From contig OZ219802.1 of the NCBI GenBank assembly GCA_964291655.2, positions 1,536,001-1,600,000 of the forward strand: a stretch of 64,000 nucleotides of DNA, written 5' to 3'. Of the stretch, positions 50,010 to 60,076 are shown piece after piece. Position numbers and translations under genes: made by a program. Source of the DNA: Chloroflexota bacterium. GTDB lineage: Bacteria > Chloroflexota > UBA11872 > VXOZ01. The notes under the pieces were generated by a model, which was not told the DNA's origin, ran no database searches, and saw nothing but the letters and a program-made list of their open reading frames with translations. Every line of letters begins with the position of its first letter. The first letter of the stretch is position 1.

Positions 50010-51353
50010 ATGGCAATGGTACGAACTGAGCAGAGCGCAGCGTTGTTTGCTGAGGCTGAGGCATACGCCCCGGGCGGGGTACATACGTCAATTCGCAATG
50101 TGGAACCCCGGCTGGTTTTCAACCGCGCCGAGGGCGCACGCATCTGGGATGCTGACGGCAATGAATACCTAGACTACCACGCCGCCTTCGGTCCATTCAT
50201 CTTAGGTCACGTGCATCCCATAGTCGTTCAACGCGTTGAAGAAGCACTGTGGGAGACCGACCTTTACGGCGTCGGCGCCACGCCGCAAGAAATTGCGCTC
50301 GCCAAGAAAGTCGTTGAGCACGTACCTTCAATCGAGCAAGTACTGTTCACCAATGCCGGCTCGGAAGCAACGTTTCACGCGCTTCGCGTCGCCCGCGCCC
50401 ACACCGGCCGTGAGAAGATCATAAAATTTCAGGGCTGCTACCACGGCTGGCACGATGCCGTGCTGCGCAATGTCATCAGCACACCGGACATGATCGGGAA
50501 ACGCGACTTCCTCTCGGCGGGGATGATGGAGGAAACCGCTGACGCCACGCTCATCTGCACCTTCAACAATGCGGATGAAGTAGAGGACACGATTAGAGCG
50601 CACGAGGGCGAAATTGCCGCCATCATCGTGGAGCCCATTCCGCATAACATCGGCTGTGTGCGCCCGGAGCCGGGCTTCTTGGAGGCGCTGCGCGCATTGT
50701 GCGACGCCCACGGCATTGTCCTCGTGTTTGACGAGGTGATCACCGGCTTTCGCCACGACCTCGGCGGCTATCAAAAGATCGCAGGCGTCACGCCGGACGT
50801 CACCACGTTGGGGAAAGCCATTGCCAACGGCTTCCCGCTGGCAGCGGTCGGCGGCAAGAAGGAGATCATGTCGCGCTTCAACACGACCCCCGGAGGCGAT
50901 ACCTTCTTTGCCGGCACCTACAACGGTCACGCCGTCGGCACTGTGGCGGCGCTTGCGACCATTGAAATCATGGAAACGCAGGGAGTGCACGAGGAGATTT
51001 TCCGTCTCGGGGACCGCATACGCAATGGATTGTCAGAAGTCATGACAGATGCCGGCATTCCGGCCGTTGTCGAGGGTTTCGGCTCCGTATTCGTTACATA
51101 CTTCATGGATGGCCCAGCGCGCAATTTCACGGATCTCTTGCAAAACGACGCAGATTTCTTCATTCGCTACCGCCAAGAGTGCATCAAGCGGGGCGTATTC
51201 AAGCTGCCCATGAACATCAAGCGTAATCACATCAGTTTCGCTCATACGGATGCGGATATCGATCGGACGCTCCAGGTGGCGGAGGATGCCATCCACACGC
51301 TCTTGCGTCAAGGTGTAAAGCCGGAGCCCAGTGAAGTGCTGGCATTGACGTAA
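50010..51353 (+). CDS. Class III PLP aminotransferase, glutamate-1-semialdehyde aminomutase-like
   Basis: WDADGNEYLDY, GSEAT, KFQGCYHG, FDEVITGFR, TLGKAIANGFP, AGTYNG. Confidence 0.85.
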   Translation: MAMVRTEQSAALFAEAEAYAPGGVHTSIRNVEPRLVFNRAEGARIWDADGNEYLDYHAAFGPFILGHVHPIVVQRVEEALWETDLYGVGATPQEIALAKKVVEHVPSIEQVLFTNAGSEATFHALRVARAHTGREKIIKFQGCYHGWHDAVLRNVISTPDMIGKRDFLSAGMMEETADATLICTFNNADEVEDTIRAHEGEIAAIIVEPIPHNIGCVRPEPGFLEALRALCDAHGIVLVFDEVITGFRHDLGGYQKIAGVTPDVTTLGKAIANGFPLAAVGGKKEIMSRFNTTPGGDTFFAGTYNGHAVGTVAALATIEIMETQGVHEEIFRLGDRIRNGLSEVMTDAGIPAVVEGFGSVFVTYFMDGPARNFTDLLQNDADFFIRYRQECIKRGVFKLPMNIKRNHISFAHTDADIDRTLQVAEDAIHTLLRQGVKPEPSEVLALT

Positions 51354-51534
51354 GCACGGAGCAGCCAGGCAGTTAGACCGCGCGGGCCGTGTTCTGTCGA
51401 TTTACTTTGACCGTGGATTTTGAGCTGGAATCCCATAAGACCGTCGCTAACGGCGTGTGCACGGCATCTGTTACAGAACCGCTACTCGCGGATTCAATGA
51501 CGAACCCTGTAGGTCTCAAACGAGGAGAAGCATA

Positions 51535-53199
51535 GTGCCAACCCCTACCGACACCTTCACCCCTCAGCCAATCACTGAGATCGCCAGCCGACTCGGCTTG
51601 CAGAACGATGAATTCAACAGCTACGGGCCGCTTATGGGCAAGGTGCGCACCCAGGTGTTGGAGCGCCTCGCGGACAAACCCGACGGCAAGCTCATTCTCG
51701 TCACGGCAATCTCCCCCACGTCCGCCGGAGAAGGCAAGACCACTGTCACGGTCGGTCTCGCGCAAACGCTCTACAGCCTGGGTAAGAACGCCCTCTCGTG
51801 CACGCGTGAACCCTCGCTCGGTCCGGTATTCGGCATAAAGGGCGGCGCAACCGGCGGAGGCAAGGCGACGTTGGAACCGTCGCTCGAGATAAACTTGCAC
51901 TTCACCGGAGATTTTCACGCCATCACCGCCGCGCACAACCTGCTCGCCGCCATGCTCGATAACCACCTGCATCAAGGGAATAAGCTCGGCATCGATCCCC
52001 GGCGCGTGACCTGGCGGCGGACGATCGACATGAACGACCGTGCCTTGCGCAACATGGTCATCGGCCTGGGCGGCAGGACGGAAGGCGTGCCGCGCGAGAG
52101 CGGCTTCGACATCACACCCGCTTCGGAGATCATGGCGATCCTCTGTCTATCCAGCGATCTCGCCGATCTTAAGGAGCGTTTAGGCCGGATCGTCGTGGGC
52201 GAGACGTTCGACCGCAAGCCGGTTACGGCGGCTGACCTCAATGCACATTCCGCCATGACGATCTTGATGCGCGAGGCCGTGCATCCTAACCTCGTGCAAA
52301 ACATGGCTGGCGGGCCCGCGCTTGTTCACGGCGGACCCTTCGGCAATATCGCCCACGGCTGCAATTCCATTATTGCGACGCGGGTGGGCTTGAAGCTCGC
52401 CGACTACGTGGTCACAGAGGCCGGGTTTGGCACCGATCTCGGCGCGGAGAAGTTCTTCAACATCAAGTGTCGGCGCGCCGGTCTTGCGCCGTCGGCGGTT
52501 GTGCTCGTAGCCACGATTCGGGCGCTCAAGCTTCACGGCGGCGTGCAACCCGCCGATTTGGAAACGGAAAATACGGCCGCGCTCGCAGCCGGCCTCGCCA
52601 ACCTGCAGAAACATATCGAGAACATAAAGAAATTCGGCCTGGACGTTGTCGTCGCGCTGAACCGGTTTCCCTCGGACACCGCTAATGAGATGCGCACCGT
52701 GACGGAATTCTGTATGGCCGAGGGCGTGCCCGTCGCGGATACAGACGTCTTTGCGGGCGGCATTGACGGCGGCAGGGCCTTAGCGGAAGAAGTGCTCAAT
52801 CTGGTAGAGGGGGCAAAGCCGAATACCTTCAAGCTCCTGTATCCCGATGACATGCCGCTTAAAGACAAGATTGCGACCGTCGCCAGAGAGATTTACGGCG
52901 CCGCCAGAGTGAATTACGCCCCTCCAACGACAACGGTGCTGCGCCAGCTTGAGCGCCGCGGCTTCAAGCACCTGCCTATCTGCATGGCGAAGACGCAGTC
53001 GTCGTTCTCCGACAACCCGCGTTTAATGGGCCGGCCTGAGGGCTTTACGATTACGGTACGCGAGGTCAAGCTCGCCGCCGGGGCAGGCTTCGTTATTCCA
53101 CTGACGGGCGACATCCTCACACTGCCCGGTCTGCCGGCAGAACCGGCCGCAGATGGCATGACCATCGACGAAGCGGGAAACGTCAGCGGTCTCACCTAG
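51535..53199 (+). CDS. fhs: Formate--tetrahydrofolate ligase
   Basis: GEGKTT, REPSLGP.FGIKGGATGGG, LHFTGDFHAI, HGGPFGNIAHG, TEAGFG.DLGAEKF, CMAKTQ; GTG start after GAGGAG. Confidence 0.97.
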   Translation: MPTPTDTFTPQPITEIASRLGLQNDEFNSYGPLMGKVRTQVLERLADKPDGKLILVTAISPTSAGEGKTTVTVGLAQTLYSLGKNALSCTREPSLGPVFGIKGGATGGGKATLEPSLEINLHFTGDFHAITAAHNLLAAMLDNHLHQGNKLGIDPRRVTWRRTIDMNDRALRNMVIGLGGRTEGVPRESGFDITPASEIMAILCLSSDLADLKERLGRIVVGETFDRKPVTAADLNAHSAMTILMREAVHPNLVQNMAGGPALVHGGPFGNIAHGCNSIIATRVGLKLADYVVTEAGFGTDLGAEKFFNIKCRRAGLAPSAVVLVATIRALKLHGGVQPADLETENTAALAAGLANLQKHIENIKKFGLDVVVALNRFPSDTANEMRTVTEFCMAEGVPVADTDVFAGGIDGGRALAEEVLNLVEGAKPNTFKLLYPDDMPLKDKIATVAREIYGAARVNYAPPTTTVLRQLERRGFKHLPICMAKTQSSFSDNPRLMGRPEGFTITVREVKLAAGAGFVIPLTGDILTLPGLPAEPAADGMTIDEAGNVSGLT

Positions 53200-53449
53200 T
53201 CCAGGTTCTACATGTAGCAACCAATGTACCGAGCGTGGGGCAGCCACTACATAGTCTGGGCGGGAAGGCGAGAAGTACTCCCTCTCCCCGAGAGAACCAC
53301 ATTCAACCCTCGTCAACCGCTGTGTAGATATCCCTCTCCCGGTGAAAACCTCCGCTAGACCCAGACCTGCCGCCAAGATTACTCCTTCTGCCTCGGGAAA
53401 CCTTTAGAATAATTCAGCCGGAGGCGCAATGATTACACCCTCTCCCTGG

Positions 53450-53687
53450 GGAGACCTTTGCGCAACTCAAGCGGTAGCGAAATAGTTCCCTCTCCCTCGA
53501 CGGGAGAGGGCTAGGGTGAGGGTGAATCTCCTGAATTCTCTCCATAGCATACCGATATTTGCTCGGCTACATCTTGACACTGCACCAGCGCAAGGGGCCA
53601 CTGCAAAATAAAGATCCCCTCACCCCGACCCTCTCCCCGGGGAGAGGGAGGTTTTCTCGCCTACAGGTGAGTTACGCAAAGGTCTCC
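53450..53687. mobile_element. 238-bp GGAGACC-ended MITE carrying a CCCTC REP doublet, inserted in a CCCTC REP loop
   Basis: TIRs GGAGACCTTTGCGCAACTC / GAGTTACGCAAAGGTCTCC; TGG duplicated on both sides; flanks CCCTCTCCC / GGGAGAGG. Confidence 0.85.
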
Positions 53688-53853
53688 TGGGGGAGAGGAT
53701 CTCTGCTAATTCTGTCCTTCGTACCTGTAAGACCCATGCGCAAATGCTTTAAATTGGCAAGATACTCCCGGGCCAAAGTTTGCGAAAAAAAGACTGTGCG
53801 CCTATCTGAAACTGACGAACTAAATCTAGTAACAGCAGGTAGCCGCATGGAGT

Positions 53854-54522
53854 CTAGAAGAGGCTGAGTTGATCGGAAGCGGGCTCGTCAGTCGCCGGTG
53901 AAGCGTCCTCGCTCTCCGTCTCCTGCCCGGCGAAGTGACCTTGCGCGTGCAGTTCGTTGAGGCGCTTGGCGACGTCAGGTAGCCTCTGAACGTCCTCAAA
54001 CAACTTGTGCTTGATGGCGGTGGCGCGCAGGCCGGCCGCGGGGTGGTAGAACGGCACGTAGGCACGGCCGTCGGCATATTTCGGCTCGCCGTGTATGGCC
54101 GAAATCTTCGCGCCGGGAAAGAAACGCGCCATGGAATAGCGGCCGAGCGTGACGACAATGCGGGGGTTGATGGCGGCAATCTGGCGGTCGAGGTAGTCGT
54201 TACAAGCGGCGATTTCGTCCGGCTGGGGGTCGCGGTTGCCCGGCGGGCGGCACTTGACGACGTTGGTAATGAACACCTGCTCCCGCCGCAAGCCGACGGC
54301 GGCCAGCATCTCCTCCAGCAGCTTCCCCGCCTGGCCGACAAACGGCCGCCCCTGCCGGTCCTCTTGAAACCCCGGCCCCTCGCCGATAAACATGATGCCG
54401 CTCTTGATGGCGCCTTCGCCCGGCACCGCCTTGGTACGTCCTTCACACAGCCGACACGCCGTGCACCGCCGTACCTCCGCGCCGATGTCCTCCAAGACTT
54501 GCTCAGGGGTCTGCTCCACCAC
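53854..54522 (-). CDS. Family 4 uracil-DNA glycosylase (Fe-S)
   Basis: CTACRLC, IGEGPG..ED..GRPFVG.AG, NVVKCRPP.NR, YHPAA; start approximate. Confidence 0.93.
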   Translation of the reverse strand: MVEQTPEQVLEDIGAEVRRCTACRLCEGRTKAVPGEGAIKSGIMFIGEGPGFQEDRQGRPFVGQAGKLLEEMLAAVGLRREQVFITNVVKCRPPGNRDPQPDEIAACNDYLDRQIAAINPRIVVTLGRYSMARFFPGAKISAIHGEPKYADGRAYVPFYHPAAGLRATAIKHKLFEDVQRLPDVAKRLNELHAQGHFAGQETESEDASPATDEPASDQLSLF

Positions 54523-54628
54523 CAGAAAACTCCGTCGCCACCACGCGTGAACATGAGGATGATCCTGCATCTACAGTACAGAATCTAGCCGACACTGAGC
54601 AAGATTTGGGAATGCTAGGACCTACTAG

Positions 54629-54769
54629 CCGTTCGCGCTGAGCTTGCCTGTCCTGAGCACTTCGACAAGCTCAGTACAGGCTCTGTCGAAGGATCGAAGC
54701 ATGAACGGCGGGATATTCTACTAGCTAAGAAGCTCTGGCCCACCCTTCGACAGGCTCAGGGCGAACGGG
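54629..54769. repeat. Nested REP-like elements (CTTCGACAGGCTCAG family)
   Basis: CCGTTCGCGCTGAGCTTG...GTCGAAG..GAACGG and CCCTTCGACAGGCTCAGGGCGAACGG. Confidence 0.7.
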
Positions 54770-55114
54770 ATTGGGGCAACACTTGCTCGCGTCTGCAGCC
54801 AGACAACCTCGGCCTATTCCAAGGTTCCCTCACTATGCAGCACTTTGGCACGAAGCGCCGGAGCCGTCTCCAGGCTGACAAGAGCGACTCTACGCAACAG
54901 GTGGACACCAAGCTCACGGAAGCCGCTTAGGCGCGAAGCCTTGCCGCTCTGTGTCAAGGCGGTCCGCCTGACACTTTTTGGCGGTACGTATGCTGCGTTG
55001 GCGTCATGCCATGGGACTTTAAGGGACATTTAGAACAAGAAGTTGAAGTATCAACCTTTGTGCTATACTTACAGTGTTAGCAGAGATTTCGACAGAGATA
55101 AGCGAGCGTGGCTC

Positions 55115-55357
55115 ATGGTTACGACTGAGGAACGGCTGGCGCCCATTGAGGGTGGCTATGAACACATGGCCACGAAGGCTGACATTGCCGCGACGAAGGC
55201 CGACATTGCCGATACCAAAGCCGACATTGCGGTGCTCGATGAGAAAGTTGACGCCATACGGGGCGAATTGCGCTTGCACAGATGGGCGCTTGGGATCGTC
55301 ATCCTGGCCCAACTTGCAATCATCGGCCGCGTGTTCGAGATCATACCCTCTGGCTAG
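55115..55357 (+). CDS. Small coiled-coil membrane-anchored protein (DUF1640/CCDC90-like)
   Basis: ATKADI-type heptad x3, coiled coil, C-terminal TM (WALGIVILAQLAII). Confidence 0.65.
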   Translation: MVTTEERLAPIEGGYEHMATKADIAATKADIADTKADIAVLDEKVDAIRGELRLHRWALGIVILAQLAIIGRVFEIIPSG

Positions 55358-55511
55358 GCTGCAAATCCAGCTTTCGTTCCGGACTGCAATCCGGCCCTGT
55401 ACTCACCACATCCTCGTCCCCGACAAACGCTTGAATCCAAAGGCGCTCGTGCCTCACAAAGCTGCACGAGCGCCTCTCTACGTACCTCTTTAAGGTTTCG
55501 ACGCGTTTTGC

Positions 55512-56438
55512 TTACGCCGTAGCCAACACCGATAGATTCGGGTCCAGCTCGTAGGTGCCCAGCAGTTCGCGGAGGGTGTGGGCAAAGTCGTCGGGGACGG
55601 GGACCAAGGGTAGGCGGTGGCCGCCGGCGTTGAAGCCGGAGAGGTTGAGGCAGGCCTTGATAGCGGCCGGACTGGCGACCGGTGAAATGGGCGGGAAGAT
55701 CGACGTGAAGAGCGGCATCAGGTGCTGGTGCAGCCCACCGGCTGCCGGAATGTCGGACGCCAATGTGGCGTTGATCATCTTCTTGATTTGCAAACCGATC
55801 ACGTGGCTGGCCACGCTGATGATGCCGTAGCCGCCCATGCACATGATGTGGTACGTATCGGAGTCGTTGCCGCTCCAGACGCGGAAGTCGTCGGGCGTCA
55901 GGCGCAGCACGTCGGAAATCTGGCCCAGGTCGCCGGAGGCTTCTTTCACGCCGACGATGTTGTCCACCTCGGCCAGGCGCGCCGTGGTCGCGGCATCCAT
56001 GTTGCGCACCGTACGCGTGGGCACGTTGTAGACGATGCACGGCAGCGACGTGCTGTCCGCAATCGTTTTGAAATGCTGGTAGAGGCCCTCTTGCGGGGGG
56101 TTATTGTAGTACGGCACCACGAGCAGCAGGCCGTCCACGCCCAGCGCTTCGGCCTCCTGCGAGAATGCCACGCTTTCGCCGGTATTGTAGTTGCCGGTAC
56201 CCGCGATCACGGGCGCGTGTCCGTCCGCCGCAGCCATGACGGTGCGGTAGCACTCCAACTTCTCCTCATGGGAGAGCGTGGGTGTTTCGCCGGTGGTGCC
56301 GGTGACAAGCAGCGCGTCCGAACCGCCTTCGATGAGCTGCCCGGCAAGACGGCCGAGTTGGTCGTAGTTCACCGATCCATCGTCGGCAAAGGGCGTGACC
56401 ATCGCCGTAATGAGTCTCCCAAGCTCTTTGCCTGCCAT
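55512..56438 (-). CDS. dapA: 4-hydroxy-tetrahydrodipicolinate synthase
   Basis: TAMVTPF, GTTGE, VPYYN, YNVP.RT, GVKEASG; AAGGAG RBS. Confidence 0.93.
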   Translation of the reverse strand: MAGKELGRLITAMVTPFADDGSVNYDQLGRLAGQLIEGGSDALLVTGTTGETPTLSHEEKLECYRTVMAAADGHAPVIAGTGNYNTGESVAFSQEAEALGVDGLLLVVPYYNNPPQEGLYQHFKTIADSTSLPCIVYNVPTRTVRNMDAATTARLAEVDNIVGVKEASGDLGQISDVLRLTPDDFRVWSGNDSDTYHIMCMGGYGIISVASHVIGLQIKKMINATLASDIPAAGGLHQHLMPLFTSIFPPISPVASPAAIKACLNLSGFNAGGHRLPLVPVPDDFAHTLRELLGTYELDPNLSVLATA

Positions 56439-57006
56439 GTGTGCGCTCCTTCTCAAGGCTGATAGTCTTTTGGATCAGTGTACCTTACGCTAAGGGCATT
56501 GTCACACGATTCTGCTGTCAATAGAAGCCTCAACGCTTGCGGTATTCTTCGCGCGCAGAGCATTGCGCACAGTGCCTCTGCTCCCTCTACACTCTCCCAC
56601 TGCAAGCCTCTGCCAATCTGTGCTGGACCGGTTGTGATTGGGCGGGTCAAACGGGCTTCCTCTCGCTCCGGCCCTTATCCTGGAGAGAAAGGGAGCGGTT
56701 CAAGCGCCAACCCTGGTTGCGCATCAGATGGGAAGTCCGCGCATGCCCCCTCACCTCGCTGCGTAAGTGTCCACCGGGAGCAAGCCGAGTTGACCACGTA
56801 CTTGAATCGGGGGTGGGAGAATCCCCGCAGTTCAGGCTTTTCTCGCCGCCTTCGCATGGCTGCACATTGGGCATCTGAAAACGAGGCGTTATCGTCACAG
56901 CTTCAATACCGCAGCCATGATCGAGCTACGCCATGGTATCCAGCGGGGACAGTACAACCCGCACCTCATTCTTCAAACCTGGCCATGCTCGTCCGAGGAT
57001 TGCCCT

Positions 57007-58137
57007 CTAGGCACCAACACCGGCTTGTGCTGCCGCCAACGCCGTGCGGCAGGCTGCCACGTCCGTGTCCGCGTTATAGAAGTGCGGGGAAATGCGAACG
57101 CGCCCTTCTTTAGCCCACACGTGGACTCCGGCGGCGTGCAAGGCATCGCCAATCTGCTGGTAGTGCGGAGATTCGAACGAGACAATCCCGGCCCGCTGCG
57201 CTGGGTCTCGCGGTGTCAGCGGCGCAATCCCTAACCCAGCCAAGACATCGTGCACCTGACCCGAGAGATCGAGTACACGTTCAGTGATGTACGGCATCCC
57301 CACTTGGTCCAAGAAGCCCAGCGCCGCGTACAGCGTGTAGACCGCCGTATAATCGAGCAAGCCGGTCTCGAAACGCCGTGCGTCGTCGTGGAAGGTGTAG
57401 TCGAGGGTGTTGATAACGGAGGGAGGGTTCACCATCCCGCGCCAACCGGCATAGAAAGGCTGGAGCATATCGAGGCGGTCTTGGCGGCAGTAGAGAAATG
57501 CCAGCCCGTGCGTCGCGAGCAGCCACTTGCGCGTGCAGGCAGCGATGAAGTCAATGGCGCCGACTTCCACCGGCACCGCGCCCACCGATTGGGAAGCATC
57601 CACCAGGAGCAGCGCGCCGTGGGCGTGGGCGCAGTCCGCGACGGCGTCGAGATCAGCGCGGTAGCCGGATCGATAACTAACGTGGCTGATGACCACGAGC
57701 CGCGTGCGGTCATCCACATGCGCGGCGATGGCTGCGGGGGCTACCGCACCATGGGAATGCCGCACCAGGCGCACCTCAACGCCAAAGCGCCGGCCGAGGT
57801 GCAAGCAGGCGATGATCGAGCTGGGAAACTCCAGGTCGGTGACCACCAGGTTGTCGCCCGCCTCCCAAGGCAGGCCGAACAGAATGGCGTTCACGCACTC
57901 GGTGGTGCTGGACAGCAGCGCAATCTCTCCCGCACTGCACCCAATGAAAGCCGCGACGCGCCGACGGCAGTCGGCTTCGACCTCCTGCATTTCCGTGGGC
58001 GTGATCGCGCCCTGCAGTTTTTCATCGGCGTACTGGTGCAAGGCACCAGCCACCGTGCGCCCCATACACGACCCCGCCGCCGTGTTGAGATACGTGCGAC
58101 CACGCAGCCCCGGAAATTCGTCACGCCAGTCAGTCAT
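57007..58137 (-). CDS. Class V PLP aminotransferase (cysteine desulfurase/kynureninase-like)
   Basis: YLNTAA, EFPS, SHVSY, VDASQSVG, RKWLL, RRFETG, RISPHFYN. Confidence 0.88.
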   Translation of the reverse strand: MTDWRDEFPGLRGRTYLNTAAGSCMGRTVAGALHQYADEKLQGAITPTEMQEVEADCRRRVAAFIGCSAGEIALLSSTTECVNAILFGLPWEAGDNLVVTDLEFPSSIIACLHLGRRFGVEVRLVRHSHGAVAPAAIAAHVDDRTRLVVISHVSYRSGYRADLDAVADCAHAHGALLLVDASQSVGAVPVEVGAIDFIAACTRKWLLATHGLAFLYCRQDRLDMLQPFYAGWRGMVNPPSVINTLDYTFHDDARRFETGLLDYTAVYTLYAALGFLDQVGMPYITERVLDLSGQVHDVLAGLGIAPLTPRDPAQRAGIVSFESPHYQQIGDALHAAGVHVWAKEGRVRISPHFYNADTDVAACRTALAAAQAGVGA

Positions 58138-58197
58138 TGTTCGTTAACCTACGCTTGGCCGGATGTGAGCGAGAGAAGAGTTGCGAGCATCGAGCAC

Positions 58198-58749
58198 TTA
58201 GGTTGCAAGGTTGTACACCGCAATGATCTCATCTATCCCAACTGCGGCTTCCCTAGCTACGTCCACAGGAATGTGCGGCTTTAGCTCATTGACTCTTCGT
58301 GCTACCTGCCCAAGGGTTCTTGAGTTGTCTTCCTTCTTCACGTAAAAGGCAGTTCCGAGTTGCTCCAGATCTGTCACCGACCTAGGCCCAAGGTGCTCTG
58401 CAACGAACTCTATCTCATTACGATGCACTTTGACGACAGAAGAGAGTCGCTCTTGGAGCCTCTTCCCAAATTTGGTGGTCACCAGGCTGGGCCCGTATGG
58501 GATAGGGTGAATAAGCAATTCGAGCTGATAGTCCGCCCGCATTGCTGTTAGTTCGTCTCGCAAGTCAAACGAAAAGGGCCCATGCTTGTATAGGATGAAG
58601 TCAAAACCAAGTGGCACACGAGTGAGTTCTTGAAGAAGATAGATGGACTTCTGCAAGTGAGTCTCGCCACACCAGCTTCCGGCCGCTTTCAACTCGTCTG
58701 CAAGCGACAGAACTATTGCATTTCTTCCGAGTCTACTCAATTGACCCAC
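58198..58749 (-). CDS. YwgA/SocA(Panacea)-like uncharacterised protein
   Basis: GETHLQKSIYLL and F..YKHGPFS.DL motifs; overlaps the stop of the upstream HD gene. Confidence 0.7.
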   Translation of the reverse strand: MGQLSRLGRNAIVLSLADELKAAGSWCGETHLQKSIYLLQELTRVPLGFDFILYKHGPFSFDLRDELTAMRADYQLELLIHPIPYGPSLVTTKFGKRLQERLSSVVKVHRNEIEFVAEHLGPRSVTDLEQLGTAFYVKKEDNSRTLGQVARRVNELKPHIPVDVAREAAVGIDEIIAVYNLAT

Positions 58750-60076
58750 TGTCCTCCTCCTTTACTTTTCCTATGATATCCTCCCTATTCTCATTGAGCC
58801 ACTTGGCAGCTCCTTCCCGGTAGCTCGGCTCGACAAAGACATAGTCAATCGCGGTCTCTGGAAGATTCCCCAGAACCTGTGACTGTGTGAGAGATGAAAC
58901 AATTCTGCCGTCCCTGCTCAAGACAGGAAAATCGGGGGCCCCGCCACCCTTCTTATCTTGGTCAAGGCGGACATTATCGGTGCCGAATTTCTTGGATGCG
59001 GCTTCATGGATTGCTGATGCAGCATCTGGATTCTTCTTAATGTCGTCAGGATTTCGTCGGTAGAGAACCCTAAAGTGCTGACGGCGGACAATGCGGTCGG
59101 CTAGCAGGCTCAGGTTGCTGCTATTTGAGGAATTCTGGCGAATTGCGTATATCACTTCTGCGTCAGTCATGTTGATCATGTCCTCTAGTCCTATAGAGAA
59201 CTGTCCACTAGGTAGCCATGAATTCAAGAATTCTCTCAGGTGTATGTCGTAAACTCGCCGAACCGGATGGTAGTAGACCTGCGAGAACATCGCGTATCTC
59301 GCGAGAAGCAAGGCTTCTACCGAGTGAAGACCTCCCTCCTCGACACCCATGGTTGGCTCACTAGATTGGCTGCCAGACGTTGTGGGTGCTGGTGGAAGAA
59401 TACGAAGCGTGTCTATTAGCCTATAGTGGTCGAACCTGCCATAGGCTACACCAGTATGGTGCGAGTCACGCAAGAGATAGTCCATCCTGTCAGCTCCAAA
59501 GGCATCCCCGACTATGATCTCTGCCAATATGGCCTGCCAATCCGTAAATTTAGTTTCGATGATATTGGCACCTTCCTTGGCGCCTACAGCCAGTTTGGCA
59601 ATGTCATTCGGCCGTAACGGTGGCGTTAGAGCCTGCCAGACTTCGCACATTTCCATACTGAGAATGAACTCTACAGTAAGGCGTTCATGATTCCAGCCAG
59701 TTGGAAGCAACTCTTCACCTGCATGCGAGAACGGCAAGTGTCCGAGGTCATGGCACAATGCGGCTGCACGTACAACCTTGCGCCAGTACCGGAGTTCATC
59801 AGAATGTCTTAGTTCCGGCAATACTCTCCTGACCGCATCGTTCACGTTCTCCGGCTCTGTAACCACTCTGAATATCCTATCCGCCAGTTCCATCACACCT
59901 AGCGAATGTTCAAATCGCTTGTGGGTTGCACCCGGGTACACGAGGTGTGTTAATGCCAACTGGTTGACATGACGGAGCCGTTGGAAGGGGCGTGAGTCAA
60001 TGATCTTGCGTTCGTGAGAATCGAACTGAATGAACGTGTGAATAGCGTCTCGGATTTCGTGTGTATTCTTTATCAT
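58733..60076 (-). CDS. HD-domain dNTP triphosphohydrolase-like protein (SAMHD1/YwfO-like)
   Basis: FQRLRHVNQL, YPGATHKRFEHSLGV, LCHDLGHLPFSH, HE, ADRMDYLLRD, MFSQVYYH. Confidence 0.9.
   Translation of the reverse strand: MIKNTHEIRDAIHTFIQFDSHERKIIDSRPFQRLRHVNQLALTHLVYPGATHKRFEHSLGVMELADRIFRVVTEPENVNDAVRRVLPELRHSDELRYWRKVVRAAALCHDLGHLPFSHAGEELLPTGWNHERLTVEFILSMEMCEVWQALTPPLRPNDIAKLAVGAKEGANIIETKFTDWQAILAEIIVGDAFGADRMDYLLRDSHHTGVAYGRFDHYRLIDTLRILPPAPTTSGSQSSEPTMGVEEGGLHSVEALLLARYAMFSQVYYHPVRRVYDIHLREFLNSWLPSGQFSIGLEDMINMTDAEVIYAIRQNSSNSSNLSLLADRIVRRQHFRVLYRRNPDDIKKNPDAASAIHEAASKKFGTDNVRLDQDKKGGGAPDFPVLSRDGRIVSSLTQSQVLGNLPETAIDYVFVEPSYREGAAKWLNENREDIIGKVKEEDSGSIE

Noticed and set aside
50010-51353. 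Naming this gene hemL
   Set aside because: Motifs deviate from typical HemL (PGGVHT, YHGWHD) and no tetrapyrrole genes are adjacent; it is probably a paralogue.
51354-51534. THF or ZTP riboswitch upstream of fhs
   Set aside because: Conserved aptamer motifs were not found by eye.
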